A DNA stretch of 64,000 bases from Nemertoderma westbladi (GCA_032718475.1 JAUCBJ010006764.1:14288-78287); one strand, 5' to 3'; numbered from the stretch's first letter, positions 1 to 13,389 are shown. Notes: a model not told the origin generated them from the letters alone. Translations and numbers: made by a program.

Positions 1-8
1 TATATTTT

Positions 9-42
9 GACAGACAGACAGACAGACAGAGACAGACAGACA
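9..42. repeat. (GACA)n microsatellite
   Basis: About 8 GACA units with one interruption. Confidence 0.9.
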
Positions 43-590
43 TATAATTAGGTGTAGAAATGTTTGGAACAGTGTCAAGAATGATTTTTTAGCCCACAGG
101 TCGCCAATGGGTTAACTATGTTTCATGCAACCCGAGTTTGATGTTAGTTGAGTTGACAATGGTCACTCTAAGGTCAGTGATTTCATCACACAGGATATCC
201 CCAACAAGATTGACCCTGTCATTGCTCACTGTGTCTCAACTTTCATAACAGACAATGCTGCAAACGAGCTGAACCTCCTGCTCCAGGATTTCATGTGAAT
301 GCAGTCAATCAAGGTCCATTTTGCGATATACAAATTAATAACAAATAATATAAGTATAATAACAAACACCTCGAAAAATACAGCTTGCCAACACATTGTT
401 ACTACCAATATACAAATTAATGGCTCTCAAGTCAGCCCACGGCAAGCCGATTTTAGGGCATTCATCGTAATACAGGAAATAGACTATCTTACCTTAGGCC
501 TACATCCTGTAAATATTTTTATAAAACAAGTAACATGTATATATAATATGTAACTGTAGGCCTAAGTATTTGGTGTCGCTTCTGTTTGCT

Positions 591-635
591 TATTATCCTG
601 ATGATGGCCCTAGTGGCAGAAATTAATAGTTGATA
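591..635 (+). ncRNA. Minimal type I hammerhead ribozyme (Penelope pLTR-type), slightly degenerate
   Basis: Core reads CTGATGA (598-604), stem II TGGCC-CTAGT-GGCA, GAAA (619-622), palindromic stem III ATTAAT, then cleavage-site A628. Stem I TATTATC/GTTGATA pairs 6 of 7 positions. Confidence 0.55.
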
Positions 636-2231
636 TAAAGCGCTCGTTGTTTTCTTTAGTTACCAGGGCAGTGAAAACTCCAAACAAGATAGTCATTTCC
701 TGTATACAGAAGAATGTCAAGGATAAGTGGATGGATGGACATGTTCGTTCAGGTTGAATGAGATCTTCTGGGACCAGCTAAAGTGAATCACTACCATTGT
801 TTGAGTCTCAATTCTAGAGACAGCAAAAAGAGACACGAATTCGATTCCTGCCTACGGGTCTGCCATTATGCAGTATGTAGGATAGCTGGAATTTTTATCT
901 TTTATGTTCCAATTGTCTGATTCTAGTTTAGTTGGACTCTCTAAGTCAAGGCAGAAGTAAACTAGCCTCTTTTAGAAATGTTAAGTCATCACGAACTGAA
1001 CTATCTGAACTTTCTCCCTATTACAATATTACAATACAAAATACTTTAAAGTTGGCTGGTCTGTTTTACAATTTCTGAAAATTAGTGAGTATAATATATA
1101 GTATAATAATTTAAAGTAGTCCTACTTCAAGCCCAGTAGTTTGCATAAAATGCTTATACTTTGGCATTGTCTCACCTGGAAACTGGAATTTCTTTTTCAA
1201 CACTTATTCAGAATAATTATTCATTGATAATAGGTTAACTTTTTGAAATCCATAACTATCATTTAACTATGTTAAGCCCTCTTTATAAAGAAGAACAATT
1301 CGGAATATCGTCAGCAACAATTAATTAAAATGACAAAAATGTCAAAGTAAAGCTGTTCAAGTGGATACTGAATAATGAATGCAGTTGATATAAATTTTAT
1401 GGTAACGCCCTCATTATATTATGATTAAGGATGCTTTTGTTAAAATGTCATCCTCATTATTATTATATTTATAATGAAGATGATCAAAATATACCTTAAT
1501 TATACCCACATCTTATACCTTAATATACCCTTATACCCTACTTTTTGTTCTCGACAGAAAGAAGAGGAGTTCGTTGCAGCCACTACTGTTTGTTTATCTG
1601 CACCTCCTTCTCAGGCTTTTGAAGTTGCTTATTAGGATGTCTGAATACCTGGGTTGGTCGATTTATGAGAGTTATACAAAACATGGCAAGTTAAAAATTG
1701 CAATGGGTTGTAAGTTTTTCACAATCTAGAAGTTTTAAAGTGAGTCTTAGGAAGGAATACTTCAAAATGTAGCACTACCTGATTTATAAATCTTTAATGA
1801 AATAATGCAATAAATGCTTTGTGAGAAAATCAATGAACCTCAAGGGTGCTAGTAGGGGGACACAGACCGTGACTACTGGGATGATGACCCTGTTCTGTTG
1901 TTGTTATTGCTGGTATAGCTGGCGTGTGTGCAAATGATGATAAGTCATTAGTCCCTCCCCACCCGGCTGGCTAGAAACCGCCGATGCGTACGAAGACTGT
2001 AGCACTCCGTTAGGATATATCTATATATTTATATGACGTCTTCTATATAACTAATATAGCTCGATATTACTAAATATTCAAAATATTATTCATATATTTG
2101 ATATAATATCTCGACATATATTTAAACACATAGTTAAACACATATTTAACATATTGCTAGTATATTTCCTTTATATGAACATCCATTATAATATTATATA
2201 AACATTGCAAATATTCAATGAAATTAATTAA

Positions 2232-3419
2232 TTATATCCTGTATACAATGGTATTATTACATTTTTTGACAATGACAATTGGCCTAAATAAATGTTTATA
2301 AACAGCCTTTCTCCAACTCTCGACAAACAATGCCATGACATAAAAATTTAAAGAGTAAACAATTGTGACCACATCATTGATAGCTGTGTATATTGATGCA
2401 AAACGTAACCACCAAACAAGATTAATTACATCCTCTATAACAACTGTTTCAGGTTTGTTGGTGAATTTAAAATCTGCAGGATTAATATAAGCTGCATTAA
2501 TAAAAAATATTAAATCCAATATAAACAATTTAAGACCGGTCATGATCATAATTATTAGCATCATATTCAATAAATTTTTATCTTTCTTCAACCTCTCAAT
2601 ATTTTGTTGATGTTGTCGTGAAAATATTTTCACTTTAATAATAACACAAATGCTGAGAAAAACAATTAGAACTAGATGAACAAATTGTTTGATGGGGAGG
2701 TAATATGTGATTATAAATTTTCTGTAGCTGGATCGAATACCTTTAAATTCAACTGTAGTGGTATTCCATGTTCCAGGGGTTGCCCATGGCGATGTATCTT
2801 TGATAATTTCATGGTCACCAACATATGCAAATATAAGAAGTGTTTGAAACGATAAAATCACCATTATAATAATTATAAATAATTTATTCTGATGGCGAGT
2901 CAGTGTTTTATAATGTATGGGCAGATAAACTGCTATCATTCGATCAATAGATATCATTATAGCTGTCCAGCATGCAAGATCTTGCCCAATTCGAACAAAC
3001 AATAAATAATATGATCTGATGACTGCTTCAAATACATTTGAGCACCCAAAATATGACAATATCCCTATATCTCTATTCCTCTCTGATGTTTCATTACAAA
3101 AATAATCTGTATTTGCCATAATTCTAAATAATTCGCTTAAAAGTGCGGCTGTTTCCATCACACCATCCAAGCATAATATCTTGTAAAACAGGGATTTAAA
3201 TTGATTCTCATTTACTACAATAAATATTGTAAGAATATAACCAATAACACCAATAATTGAATGGGTTACGGTGTATGGTATAATGACTTTTGCCATAAAA
3301 TCTTGAACAGCATTCAATAATACGAAATAAGTGTCAGTTACTGCTTCATATTCTTTATCACTTATAAGTGGAAATTTATAGATAGAGTTAACTGATTCTA
3401 ATGTACGATTAAGTTCCAT
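2232..3419 (-). CDS. Intronless class A (rhodopsin-like) 7TM GPCR, possibly chemosensory or peptide-receptor-like; paralog 1
   Basis: 395-aa ORF with seven hydrophobic segments. DRY-like motif ISIDRMIAVYLP after TM3; TM7 SLNFYV followed by an amphipathic helix 8. ATG in ACCATGG context. Confidence 0.88.
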   Translation of the reverse strand: MELNRTLESVNSIYKFPLISDKEYEAVTDTYFVLLNAVQDFMAKVIIPYTVTHSIIGVIGYILTIFIVVNENQFKSLFYKILCLDGVMETAALLSELFRIMANTDYFCNETSERNRDIGILSYFGCSNVFEAVIRSYYLLFVRIGQDLACWTAIMISIDRMIAVYLPIHYKTLTRHQNKLFIIIIMVILSFQTLLIFAYVGDHEIIKDTSPWATPGTWNTTTVEFKGIRSSYRKFIITYYLPIKQFVHLVLIVFLSICVIIKVKIFSRQHQQNIERLKKDKNLLNMMLIIMIMTGLKLFILDLIFFINAAYINPADFKFTNKPETVVIEDVINLVWWLRFASIYTAINDVVTIVYSLNFYVMALFVESWRKAVYKHLFRPIVIVKKCNNTIVYRI

Positions 3420-3769
3420 GGTTGTAGCGGATGCAAATTAATTAAAATGAAATATATAGGCTTCTTTACTGTATTACTATTATAATGTAATAATTTATAA
3501 TAGAAGCCTGTATTGTGAATCTCTAAAGAAGACCCTGAAATGAATTGTCCAAGTAATAATATTATTTTGTTTATAATATCCCATTTATTGTCTGCAAAGA
3601 TGAAAACAATTTTAACGAATTGTGAGTGTGTCAGGTCAGGATCATGACTTCGTGAAGTCTTAAGATGTGTTGCTAACGTTCCAAATGTGGAGTTCCAAAC
3701 TTTCAGTTCCAGATGTTCCAAACATGGAGTTCCAAATATGCAGTCTTCATCAGTTAGAAGCATGCATGG

Positions 3770-4334
3770 GCAGCTCTAAACAGCTTTACTTTGCCTTTGG
3801 CTACTCTCTCTCCAGTAGGGGGGTAAGACAGGCAGCCTGCCATGAGATAACTGTCGCATGTAAGGCCATTTGTATCTGGTTACTGATGCAATCCATAGTG
3901 GGTGGTGGAGCGCTTTTTTGCTGAGTGCGCTTTCGGGATAAATACCCTGGTTTGCCATTCCACAGGGTGAGTGTAGCAGTAGGCAAACGAGTTACATTGT
4001 TCGGGTTTGCAGTGTGGGTGTCGCAGTTGAGTCAGTTATGGGGCCCATCACCCACGTCTACACTGATACACGTGACTCACCAAGGGCAAGGGCTATCGGC
4101 TATGCAGCTCATCTTACACGTGCAGGTAGCAGTGGGCTGTACTCAACAGAAGGGAAATGGGAGCAGTCTACTCCTGATCTTATCTGGAAATATACCCTTT
4201 CTGCCGAGTATATGGCCCAAGGGCATCTGCGCCTACTTACAAGCCCAGATGATCCCCTTTGTACCTGTACGAGGGTCTTTGCAGCCACAGGTGTAACCTC
4301 CTTTATGTTGTATGGAGGTAGAAGGTTTTATTGA
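3770..4334 (+). pseudogene. Possible DIRS/Ngaro-like RT-RNase H remnant
   Basis: GC-richer island. Fragments MQSIVG..LF and HVYTD..S..AIGYAAHL...EGKW resemble the DIRS RT-end and RNase H motifs (TDAS..GWGA...GxW). Frames are broken. Confidence 0.35.
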
Positions 4335-6277
4335 TCAATGACCATATGTCAGTAAGTAGTCCTATGTAGTCATGTAGGAAGTAGTTATGGCTGAAACCTG
4401 GTCGATGTCCCAGCCAGATGCGACGGGTGTGGGGTAGTATTCGACCTGAACCATGGCCTAAATTGCAAGAAAGAAGGTCTTGTATTGCAACAACACAACG
4501 AACTCCGCAATGTCATGACGATCTAGCATTCTTCGTGTTTGGACCTCACAACGTGTCGCTCGAGCCCATAGTCAAAGAACAGGCAGGTCTAGAATGAGGG
4601 CAGGGCTTCGGTGCGATGTAGGAGTTTGGGGGGCGTTCAACCCGCAGTCTCAGGCGTTGTTGGATATTAAGGTTGTAAACTAGGTTTATATATGTTTATT
4701 ATCTATTTATATATTATTTATTATCTATTTAGTTTGTAAAATTGATAGTCTTGACTACCGCAAGTCACTAAGAGGGCTCATTCACGCCGGCTCCTACGTT
4801 TCTAATTGCGTCCTCTATACACTTACCAGATGCAAACCAATCTCAGTCACGGTTATTAAGGAATGCACTGCAATGGCTCTCCGATATGCCGCATGTCCCA
4901 GTGTTACTCTGCAAGGATCCTTCCGTGCCTTGTCGAACCTGAATCATAAGAAACATTTTTGTGGGGTCTCCAGTGGATACAATAAGGCTAAACACGAATT
5001 TCAACTCCCAAGACTATACTCCCTGCTCACATACAAATATTCCACACCCAACATCTTAGCGAGAATTGACATAGGACCACCCCCACAAGCTGATATACTC
5101 ACGGCGCAATTTCTCCGCGACTGCTACGCGTTGAAAAGCATTAAATTTACCGCTAAAAAACGAAGGATCCTACAGTTCTTTGGAATTAACTGATACCGAT
5201 CCAACGTACCTCTAGAATACCCGTCCCGTATGACACTCATAATTGGCTACAAAAGTACGTACGAATGTTTTTACCCCCATCTATTAACGGGTTGCATGTT
5301 GCGCCACCCGACGGAATCTCGACCGCATACAATTAACCCTGACTAATTATGTTTATTAATATAAATTGTATGTTTTGTTGTTATATGTGGAATGTGTATT
5401 TATTTTTATGATGTCTCAATTTTATCTATTATAAACCAGCTTGACCGATGTGCTTATTTAAAAAAAAAACCTTGAGGCCGAATCACACATGGGGTGCCCC
5501 CCTATGAGGAAATTCTACCGCGAAAATTTTATAGCACTTGCTAACAGCCCGAGTGGGAGTAGGGATCCATTTGGTGGGAAAGGTGAAATGCCATAAAATC
5601 CCGATTTGATAAAGAAATCAACAACATAAAAACTTGCAGTAATGCAAAAACTAAGGTAATTAATTTCAATCAAGAGTGGGTATTTCATTCCTGAGTCATA
5701 AGAAAATGAATTTGTGTGTTTTGTTATGTGCAACTAAGTACCTGGGAATCCATATAAATTTACCTTCGTATCGTATATATATATATACATAATATATAAT
5801 AATTATTTGTCATATATATTATAGCCAATAAAATATCTATTTAACGACTTTTTTGTGAGAATGACAAACTAAGGGTCTAATAAAATTTAATGTAAAAAAA
5901 AGATTTTTTTTTGGCTTTAAACTGTATAAATAACATGGCTTTACTTTACCAGTAAAGGTAAATAAATAATTTACGCAATAAACATAATAATTATAATGTA
6001 TGCAGGGCTGCAATACACCAAAGGATGTTGGCGGGGCTGAACTCAGAACACTTGAGAGTTGTGGATATTGGATATCCACTGATAAACAACGCGTTCTTGG
6101 CCTGTTTTCACCAGCAGCTAGTGCATGTACGAAATGGTTGCCTTAGCGACAATCTCAGTAAACTCCCATTCGTCAAGGTAAGAATAAATTTAGCCCTGGA
6201 ACCCAACCCAACCCCCCCCCCCCCCCCCCCCCCTCCGCCCCCAAACGAGCTCTGACTTCCTTTTGAATGATCCCTTA

Positions 6278-6505
6278 GGGTCATTCAAAATTTGGACGTC
6301 CGATTTGTTTATTTAATTGTACTGTGAGGTAAGAAATATACAATTGAATAATGTCCGACAATATGAGAGTTATATCACCATCAATATACATTTATAAACT
6401 ACAAAAAAAAAATTTTTAAATCTCGGACAGGGGGGGGGGGGGGGGGGGGGTCCAAAAACCAGAGATTTTCTCGGATGTTTTTCGTATCGTTTTTTGAATG
6501 ACCCC
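6278..6505. mobile_element. PIF/Harbinger-type (Tourist-like) MITE
   Basis: TIRs GGGTCATTCAAAA ... TTTTGAATGACCCC, flanked by TTA at 6275-6277 and 6506-6508. Confidence 0.7.
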
Positions 6506-7390
6506 TTATATAAAGTAAGTAATATTATATTGAAATAATATGTGTAAAATCCGGACAATAGCAAGACTTTTGTACCACCTACAAATACGATTGTCCTAGT
6601 TCCCAATAGGCATACATGTAGCTGTTTCATTGCACTCCATGTGTCATCTAACACCAACGATATAATTTTGTTCGCAGATCGGCCTAGTCAACTATCGGAA
6701 TACATGGATATGGATATATCTCCAACAATATAGGTCGATGAGGGGTAGGAGTCGTGTGGAGGCAGTCCATAGCGTCATGGACCGCGCGTTCTATGACACT
6801 CGAAGACTGGGTGCCCTGCTTTATTCCGCAAGGCTGTCCTGGTGCAGCAGCGCATACAACAGACGTCAGCTTCGAAGAATCATCTGTTTGAGGTAACAAC
6901 CCTATAACATGGAGCCACTTCTGTGTGAAGTTTATCACGCCCTGGGAATCACAGTCACCTGTCACCTACTGTACAAACCACACCTATCAGTGTCCCTACA
7001 ATGACATTACTACCAACAGTACCCCCCCCCCCCCCCCCCCCCTATCCAACCCTATCCAACCCTGTCAGTAAGGCCTCAATGAGAAATGTACAGCAGAGTC
7101 GGAATCGGATTGGTACTGGTCAAACGGGGCTTAGTATATTTCAATCCATTCCGGCAACTGTATCAGGTAGAGCCAACAACTAAGTTAATTAATTGAGTTA
7201 CAGACCACTCTGATCAGCAAAATACTACACACAAGTATCGTATATAATTTATTATATTACAATTTATATATTTCCTTTCCCTTCTTTTCCTTTTTCTCCA
7301 TTCCTTTCTTTTCCCCTCTTCTCTTGCCCCTCTTTTTCCTCCTTTGTTGTCATTTTTTCTTCCCCCCTCCGATCAGGCTATCTTACCCCA

Positions 7391-7422
7391 GCCCTAGCTC
7401 AGTTGGTAGAGCATTTAGCGTG
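7391..7422 (+). other. tRNA/SINE 5' fragment (A-box only)
   Basis: GCCCTAGCTCAGTTGGTAGAGC is a D-arm/A-box match. No B-box or T-arm follows. Confidence 0.4.
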
Positions 7423-7479
7423 AGCTAAATTTAGTATATTATTATTATTTGATCATTAAAATAATATATAAAATAAAAG

Positions 7480-8760
7480 TGTAGTAATCTAGCTAGCTAT
7501 AAGAATAATTGTTAATTGAGTTGCCTAGCAACATATCCAAAATCCTTGGTTGGGAATCCTTGCAACTAAAGTTCTAGTTCTAGGGTCTCCACATGGCTCC
7601 TCCCAGTGGAGGGCACTGAAGCGATGATGCCTGGAACCCATAATAGTTCGGAAGGTTTTATGAATGAATGTGATAAGTGTACTGGTTAGCAGTGATGGAT
7701 TTGGAGCTGTGGTAGACAACTGCGATTTATACGCTACTTTGTATCTGCCAACAGAGATGGAGTCTTGTTTACAATTGATGTCGAGTAAGAAAAATTTATC
7801 ACCTGCCTTCATCCAGTTGATGATAAGTGGTTTGGAAAGTGTTCATGTCGTTGGCCATGATAAGTGAAAGGCAGAAGGAGTGTGGAATGCGTAACAGTCT
7901 GACAATATAGCAGGAATTTGTTATCTGGAGAGTCAGTAGGATATCCGTAAACAAGGTCGGCAGCTGAGCAGTCGCTGACTTCACGTCAGGCAGTCAGAAC
8001 GAGGAGAACGAGGGGCAACTCATCCAGTTAGGGTTTTGAGGCGAGCCTTTAGGGCAACTTTAAGTTGATGGTGCATACGCTCTACAATACTGTTAGCTTG
8101 AGGGTGTGGTAGACTGTAGTGGACGAGGCAGAGATGCCTAGAAGTTGATGTAGTTTCGACCACAAGTGCGAAGTGAATTGGGAGCCGCGATCTGAGACAA
8201 TGTCGAGGGGAACACCAAACCGAGCAATCCAGTGCCTACAGTAATGAGTGCATGGGCACAGGACTCAGCGATGGTGTTTTCCAGAGAAATTGCCTCGGGC
8301 CAGTGAGTGAAGCGGTCTATGATCGTAAACAGATACGAATTACCTTCTGATTCAGGAAGGGGTCCCACTAGGTCGACATGGAGACTGGCAAACCATCGGT
8401 TGGGTTGTGGCTGATGTGTAAGTGGGGCAATTACATGACGTTGCACTTTGGATGCCTAGCATGGATGACACTCTCGGCACCATCTTCTGGCATCAGATTT
8501 TAATTTGTGCCAAACAAATCTGGAGGAGATGGCGCATTCATTAGGCAGCAACCAGTATGTGCCAGGTTGTGAATTGAGTTGAAAATGTGCTTAGTCCATG
8601 CAGCTCGTACTATGGGACAATTGTTACCTGTAGAGATGTCGCACAGGACGGTATAATTGCCGAAAGAGACATCTTTGAAGTTGAGGCCAGATATAGCTGT
8701 CCAATAGGATGCGATTTCTTCGGAAGAAACATGATCAGCTGCCAATTGGCAGTAATCAAT
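7480..8760 (-). mobile_element. Gypsy LTR retrotransposon remnant (integrase, PPT and partial 3' LTR)
   Basis: Integrase fragments HVDLVGPLPESEGNSYLFTIIDRFTHWPEA and IFNSIHNLAHTG. Purine tract GGGAGGAGCCA is followed by TG at 7593 on the minus strand. Left boundary is uncertain. Confidence 0.75.
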
Positions 8761-9154
8761 AGTAGGAATATGAATCGCAGAGACTGTGTCATCGGCGAAA
8801 TGCCATTTTCAATAAATATATATATTCGACATACTGTACAGTATGTCTCAGAATAGAGTAACCAATCAGAATTCAGATTCAGACCGTATATAAAGCTCAA
8901 CTATCAGACTTTCCAATTCATTCTGTGTTCTGCTTCTGTATTAACATTCCCACAAATTTTGGTTATTGCTCTTTCCACTTTCAACCATTTCTGCTTTTAC
9001 TGTTTTTTCCTTATATTCAAATATTCATTACTCAGTCAAATTCAGCCTTTTTCAGCATTCAAACATTGTTCAGAATTCCGCATCCTTTCCTCCACACCTG
9101 CAGCCTTTTTAGATAGATAAAAAACCTTACTAGATTAGGCCTATCTGAGTATTC

Positions 9155-9490
9155 TGTAAAGGTCCGGTTAACTGCTATCGATATATCGAGGTGAAAAGGA
9201 ATAATAATAAAAACGAGGCTATACGACCAGAACAGTAATACTGTATTGAAGTTATGTCGTACAATGATTCCAAATTATAATACGGTATATAGATGCTCTA
9301 ATACCGTACTGGTAAGTCTGCAGTAGTCCAGAAAATCAGCAGTTCCGAATACCGTCCTACAGTCTGACAGTTGTTCAATCTCGAAGTCCTTCATTTATAT
9401 TATACAGTATATCTCCAATAAAATGTAATTAAATATTTGTTTTAAGAAATATTTAATATTTTTGTTTTTGGTCTAAACAGCACCACTACA
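9155..9490 (-). repeat. 3' LTR of the CsRn1-type Gypsy
   Basis: Direct repeat of 13436-13759; adjacent to the PPT. Confidence 0.92.
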
Positions 9491-9598
9491 CAGCCTTCCC
9501 TTTGGAGGCGGAGCAGTTTCTAGCGGTTTAAAACAAAAATAAATATATTTAATGTGTCATTTCATGCTGAAAACAACCATATAATTTACTTTCAGTTT

Positions 9599-12479
9599 TT
9601 AATAATAATGATACGAATTATCCTTGGTAGATATAACGACTCGTCCAGAACGAGTTCGCGATGGGTTAGCTGTGTGTAAACAAGAACGAGGCCCTGAAGT
9701 TGGGTCTGGTGGTTCGACGCAGTTTGTGTGGATTGGTAATTCTAGATGTGGTGAAGGAAGGTTTTGTTTTGGTATGAACTGTTTGAGGCGGGAAACACTG
9801 ACTGTCTGTTGTTTACCATTCTTCTCAATAACCACAGTTGAACTTTTATCTTCCACTACAGGGTAAGGGCCGGTGTATGGAGCCTCTAGAGGGCGACGTA
9901 CACGGTCGATTCTCAGCCAAACTTTATCAGTGTTGGGCGGTAGATGGGAGCGAATTTCGGCGCGTTCTATTGGCTGGGGTTGGAGATGGATATGATTGGT
10001 TGGATCGAAATATTGGCAGAGTTTGTCAACAATAGAGGGATGGTCGGTTGGCGTGTAACTAATCAACTTCGTGGGGAAACAGGGAGCTTCACCAGTCAGT
10101 AATGTAAAAGGGGAAGGTTTAGATTCGTTAGGAGTATTTCGAATAACCCAAAGGATGGACGAAATTGAGTGCAGCCAATCCGAATCGCGGGCCTTGATGG
10201 CGTCTTTCAGACGGCGGTGTAAGCGTTCAATCATGCCATTTGTTTGTGGGTGGTAAGCTGTTGTGCGAATACGGACATATCTGAGGTTAGTAGCGATTTT
10301 CTTAAATTAATCAGATTCGAATTGGCTTCCACGATCCGTAATAACATGCAGTGGAATTCCGAAAAGTGAAATCCATCCATTGATGAAGGCTATAGCAATG
10401 GTTGTAGTTAGAATATCTGTCAGGGGAACTGCAGTGGGCCATCCAGAAAATCTATCTATGGCAGTCAGTAAATATGAATAGCCGTTGATCGTTGGTAATG
10501 GCCCCACAATATCTATATGGACGATATCAAATCTATCTGTTACAATTGGCATAGGCTCTAGTGGTGTGTGTATGTGTCGAATAATCTTGGCTTTCTGACA
10601 GTTCTGACACTCGCGAACCCATTTCTTTGTCATTCTTGGCATGTGGCCAATAGAATTGTGAAAGTATTAGTCTCTGGGTAGCAGTGCGGCCAGGGTGAGA
10701 AATATTATGAGTTTGGTTGAAGATATTCTCACGGAGACAAGCTGGAATATAAGGGCGGGGGCGGGAGGAGTTTACATCACAGGCTAGAGAAACATCCCCG
10801 AATGGCATAGGAGTGAGATTGGGAAGAAGTTCCTCTTACTGTTGAGCAGCATATATGGCAGGAAAATTGCAGAAAGTCAATGGTGATATTGAAAATAGTT
10901 TAATGTATGGTTGGAAGTGGAGAACTGCACTCGCTAAACCGAGAAGTTCGCGCTCAAAAGCGGAGCATTTTGAATCAGTGGGACTGAGTCGTCGGGAGAA
11001 GAACCCGAGTGGTTTACCATTTGCTTCCAAAACTGCACCAATCGCTGCTTCTGAGGTGTCACTCGTTAGTGTAAGTTCGTTTGTATTGGGGGGAGGATGT
11101 ACCAATACGATTCGCTGTTGTAGAGTTTGAAGAATTGTTAGGTAGGCAGAATCATGCTCAGGTTTCCAAGTAAACTGTGGAACAACTGCTCCCCTGGGTT
11201 GTGTCTCGTTGAGCAATGTCTGTAGAGGGATTAGAGTTTCAGCGGCTCTCGGTAGGAATCGGCGATAAAAGTTTATAGCTCCGAGACGGCTACGTAGTTC
11301 TTTGTAACAAGTAGGGGTGTAAAGTTGGGATATTTCAGCAACTTTAGTGGGAGATGGTGAAACTCCGTTGGTATCAATGCGAAAACCCAAAAAGTTGATT
11401 TCAGGGACAGCAAATGTGCACTTTGATGGGTTTACGTGTAAATCGTGTTCTTGTAGATGTTTAAAGAGTTGTTTTAGGTGAACTTTGTATATTTCCATAT
11501 TAGCGGAGCCAACGATTACGTCGTCGTAGTATGGGAAAGTGCTTGGGTCTAAACCTCTAATGGCCTTGTGGATGTGGCGATTGAAGTGGCTTCCAGCGTT
11601 TCTAAAACCAAATGGCATTCTCAGATATTCAAACAACCCGAACGGGGTGGTGATAGCCGTCTTTGGAATATCCTTCGGATTAACAGGGATGGCATGGCAA
11701 GCCTTTACTATATCAATTTTTGAAAACACTGAGCATCCGTGTAAAAATGCATTTGTGTCACGGGGATCCGGAGTAGGGTATGAATCTTTCTTTGTCGCAG
11801 CGTTGATACGTCTGTAGTCTCCACATGGTCGGAATGTAGCATCTTTTTTGGTCACCATGTGGAGTGGAGATGACCATTCTGATGACGACGGTTGTATAAT
11901 TCCGAGTTCCATCATTTCTTCGAAGTAATGTTTGGCTGTATTTAGTTTATCTGGGGCTAAACGTCGGGGTTTTGACTGTAACGGATGGCCTTATGTCTCA
12001 ATCGTAAACTCGATGGTAGACAGAGGAATTTTCCTATAATCCAGGGGTTCGAATAGATCGGAAAATGGTGCTAAAGTTTCTCTTACACAATTCGGAATTG
12101 TTGGATGAGGTTTGAATTTCGAATCCATCGGCATCGATAAAGTATCTATTTGTAAACTAACGATTAGTCTGGTTGATGTGTCTAGCAGTTCTGATTTATT
12201 ACAATCGACAAGTAACTGATTTGTAGACAAAAAGTCTGCACCTAGAATCGGATTTGTGACGTCTGCCACTATGAACCGATGTGTAAATGCGCGGCGGATA
12301 GATTTCAATTTAATTGGGATATGAATGCGACCGAAAGTTTTGATAGTGTGTCCATCGGCTGCTGAAATAGTTTCGGTTGATCCTTCGAAGGAAATAGCCA
12401 AATCATTGGTTATGTGAAGGGGAAGAACGCTAATAGAGGCGCCAGTGTCGATGAGAAAACATAATGATTTGTTATACAC
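9599..12479 (-). pseudogene. pol: Gypsy pol (protease, RT, truncated RNase H, integrase), broken by stops, frameshifts and a deletion
   Basis: Motifs FLIDTGAS (PR); CGDYRRIN, MPFG and YYDD (RT); TSDTS and ERELL (RH); HPG...CQNC, HIDIVGP, ITDRGSQF, IERLHR and PYTGPY (IN). Confidence 0.9.
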
Positions 12480-13389
12480 TAGCTTTAATCATTGGCAATT
12501 TATAACACACCTCTTCCGTTGTAATCGATGCAGCGGAAGGGGTTGTTAGTCGGGATGGTTCGCGCGATCGGATCCGTGGGTTGTGGGTGTCCGATTTGGG
12601 AAATTGACACCAAGGTGTGCAGGTTCGGGCCTTTGCGCCAAAAAATATATGGGATCGACAAACCTTGGGCCATTGGTTTGTGGAATATGGAGTTAAGATT
12701 CGTTGATAATCTGATGTTCTACCATTGTTTGGATTTCTGTCATCGTATCCATAGAGAGGTGGACCGGAATATTCACGAGGTTGGTCGCGGTGTTCTCGAA
12801 TGTTGTACCGGTATTGTTCTAGATTGCGGTAAATGGGACGACCTCTAGTAGCTTGTGAAAACGCATAAACCTGCTGGCCACTGGCACATCCGGCGGATCC
12901 GGTAGCTGTGGCAGCGACTGCAGTGTCTGCGATCTTTAGGAAATCTTCTAAACTATTCTCCGATTGTGTGGCGAGAGCACTCTTGGCGGAAGCGTTTGGT
13001 ATCGCTTCTATTACCCGGGCGATAATCTCTTTCTCATTTCGCTCTGGCATCTCTGCAGCGTTAGCAAGAAGTTTAAGTTTTTGGACTGCTAAGGATGGTC
13101 TTTCACCTTCCGATAAGGTAAATATGGGGGTATGGGCGATTGCTTTCTGGATTAAGTCGTATTTCGATTTGCACAGAGAGTTTTTCAACAAATCCTTTGC
13201 TTCCTCGCAGGTTTTAGTTTCCCCAGAAGCGAAGATCGCGGCCTGTTCCGTCGGGAGCCACGTAAACAGTAGGTTGATTTTATTTTCTTCCTCGATTTTC
13301 TCCATTGTGAAATATGTCTCGAGTTGTCTGAACCAAATCGTGGGTTGTTGTAATGAGAAAGGCGGGATGTGGATCCGATGAGTAGCCAT
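12472..13389 (-). CDS. gag: Gypsy gag with CHCC zinc motif
   Basis: 305 aa starting with the IPPF...WFRQLE N-terminal pattern. C-terminal CRSHIFFGAKARTCTPWC. Starts just after the PBS. Confidence 0.85.
   Translation of the reverse strand: MATHRIHIPPFSLQQPTIWFRQLETYFTMEKIEEENKINLLFTWLPTEQAAIFASGETKTCEEAKDLLKNSLCKSKYDLIQKAIAHTPIFTLSEGERPSLAVQKLKLLANAAEMPERNEKEIIARVIEAIPNASAKSALATQSENSLEDFLKIADTAVAATATGSAGCASGQQVYAFSQATRGRPIYRNLEQYRYNIREHRDQPREYSGPPLYGYDDRNPNNGRTSDYQRILTPYSTNQWPKVCRSHIFFGAKARTCTPWCQFPKSDTHNPRIRSREPSRLTTPSAASITTEEVCYKLPMIKASV

Noticed and set aside
4780-5470. Possible LINE 3' end with an A-tail
   Set aside because: No diagnostic protein motif or TSD was recognised.
6560-7190. 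GC-richer segment with short ORFs
   Set aside because: No recognisable domain or splice structure.
7391-7470. Functional tRNA gene
   Set aside because: Only the D-arm/A-box is present; no cloverleaf can be formed.
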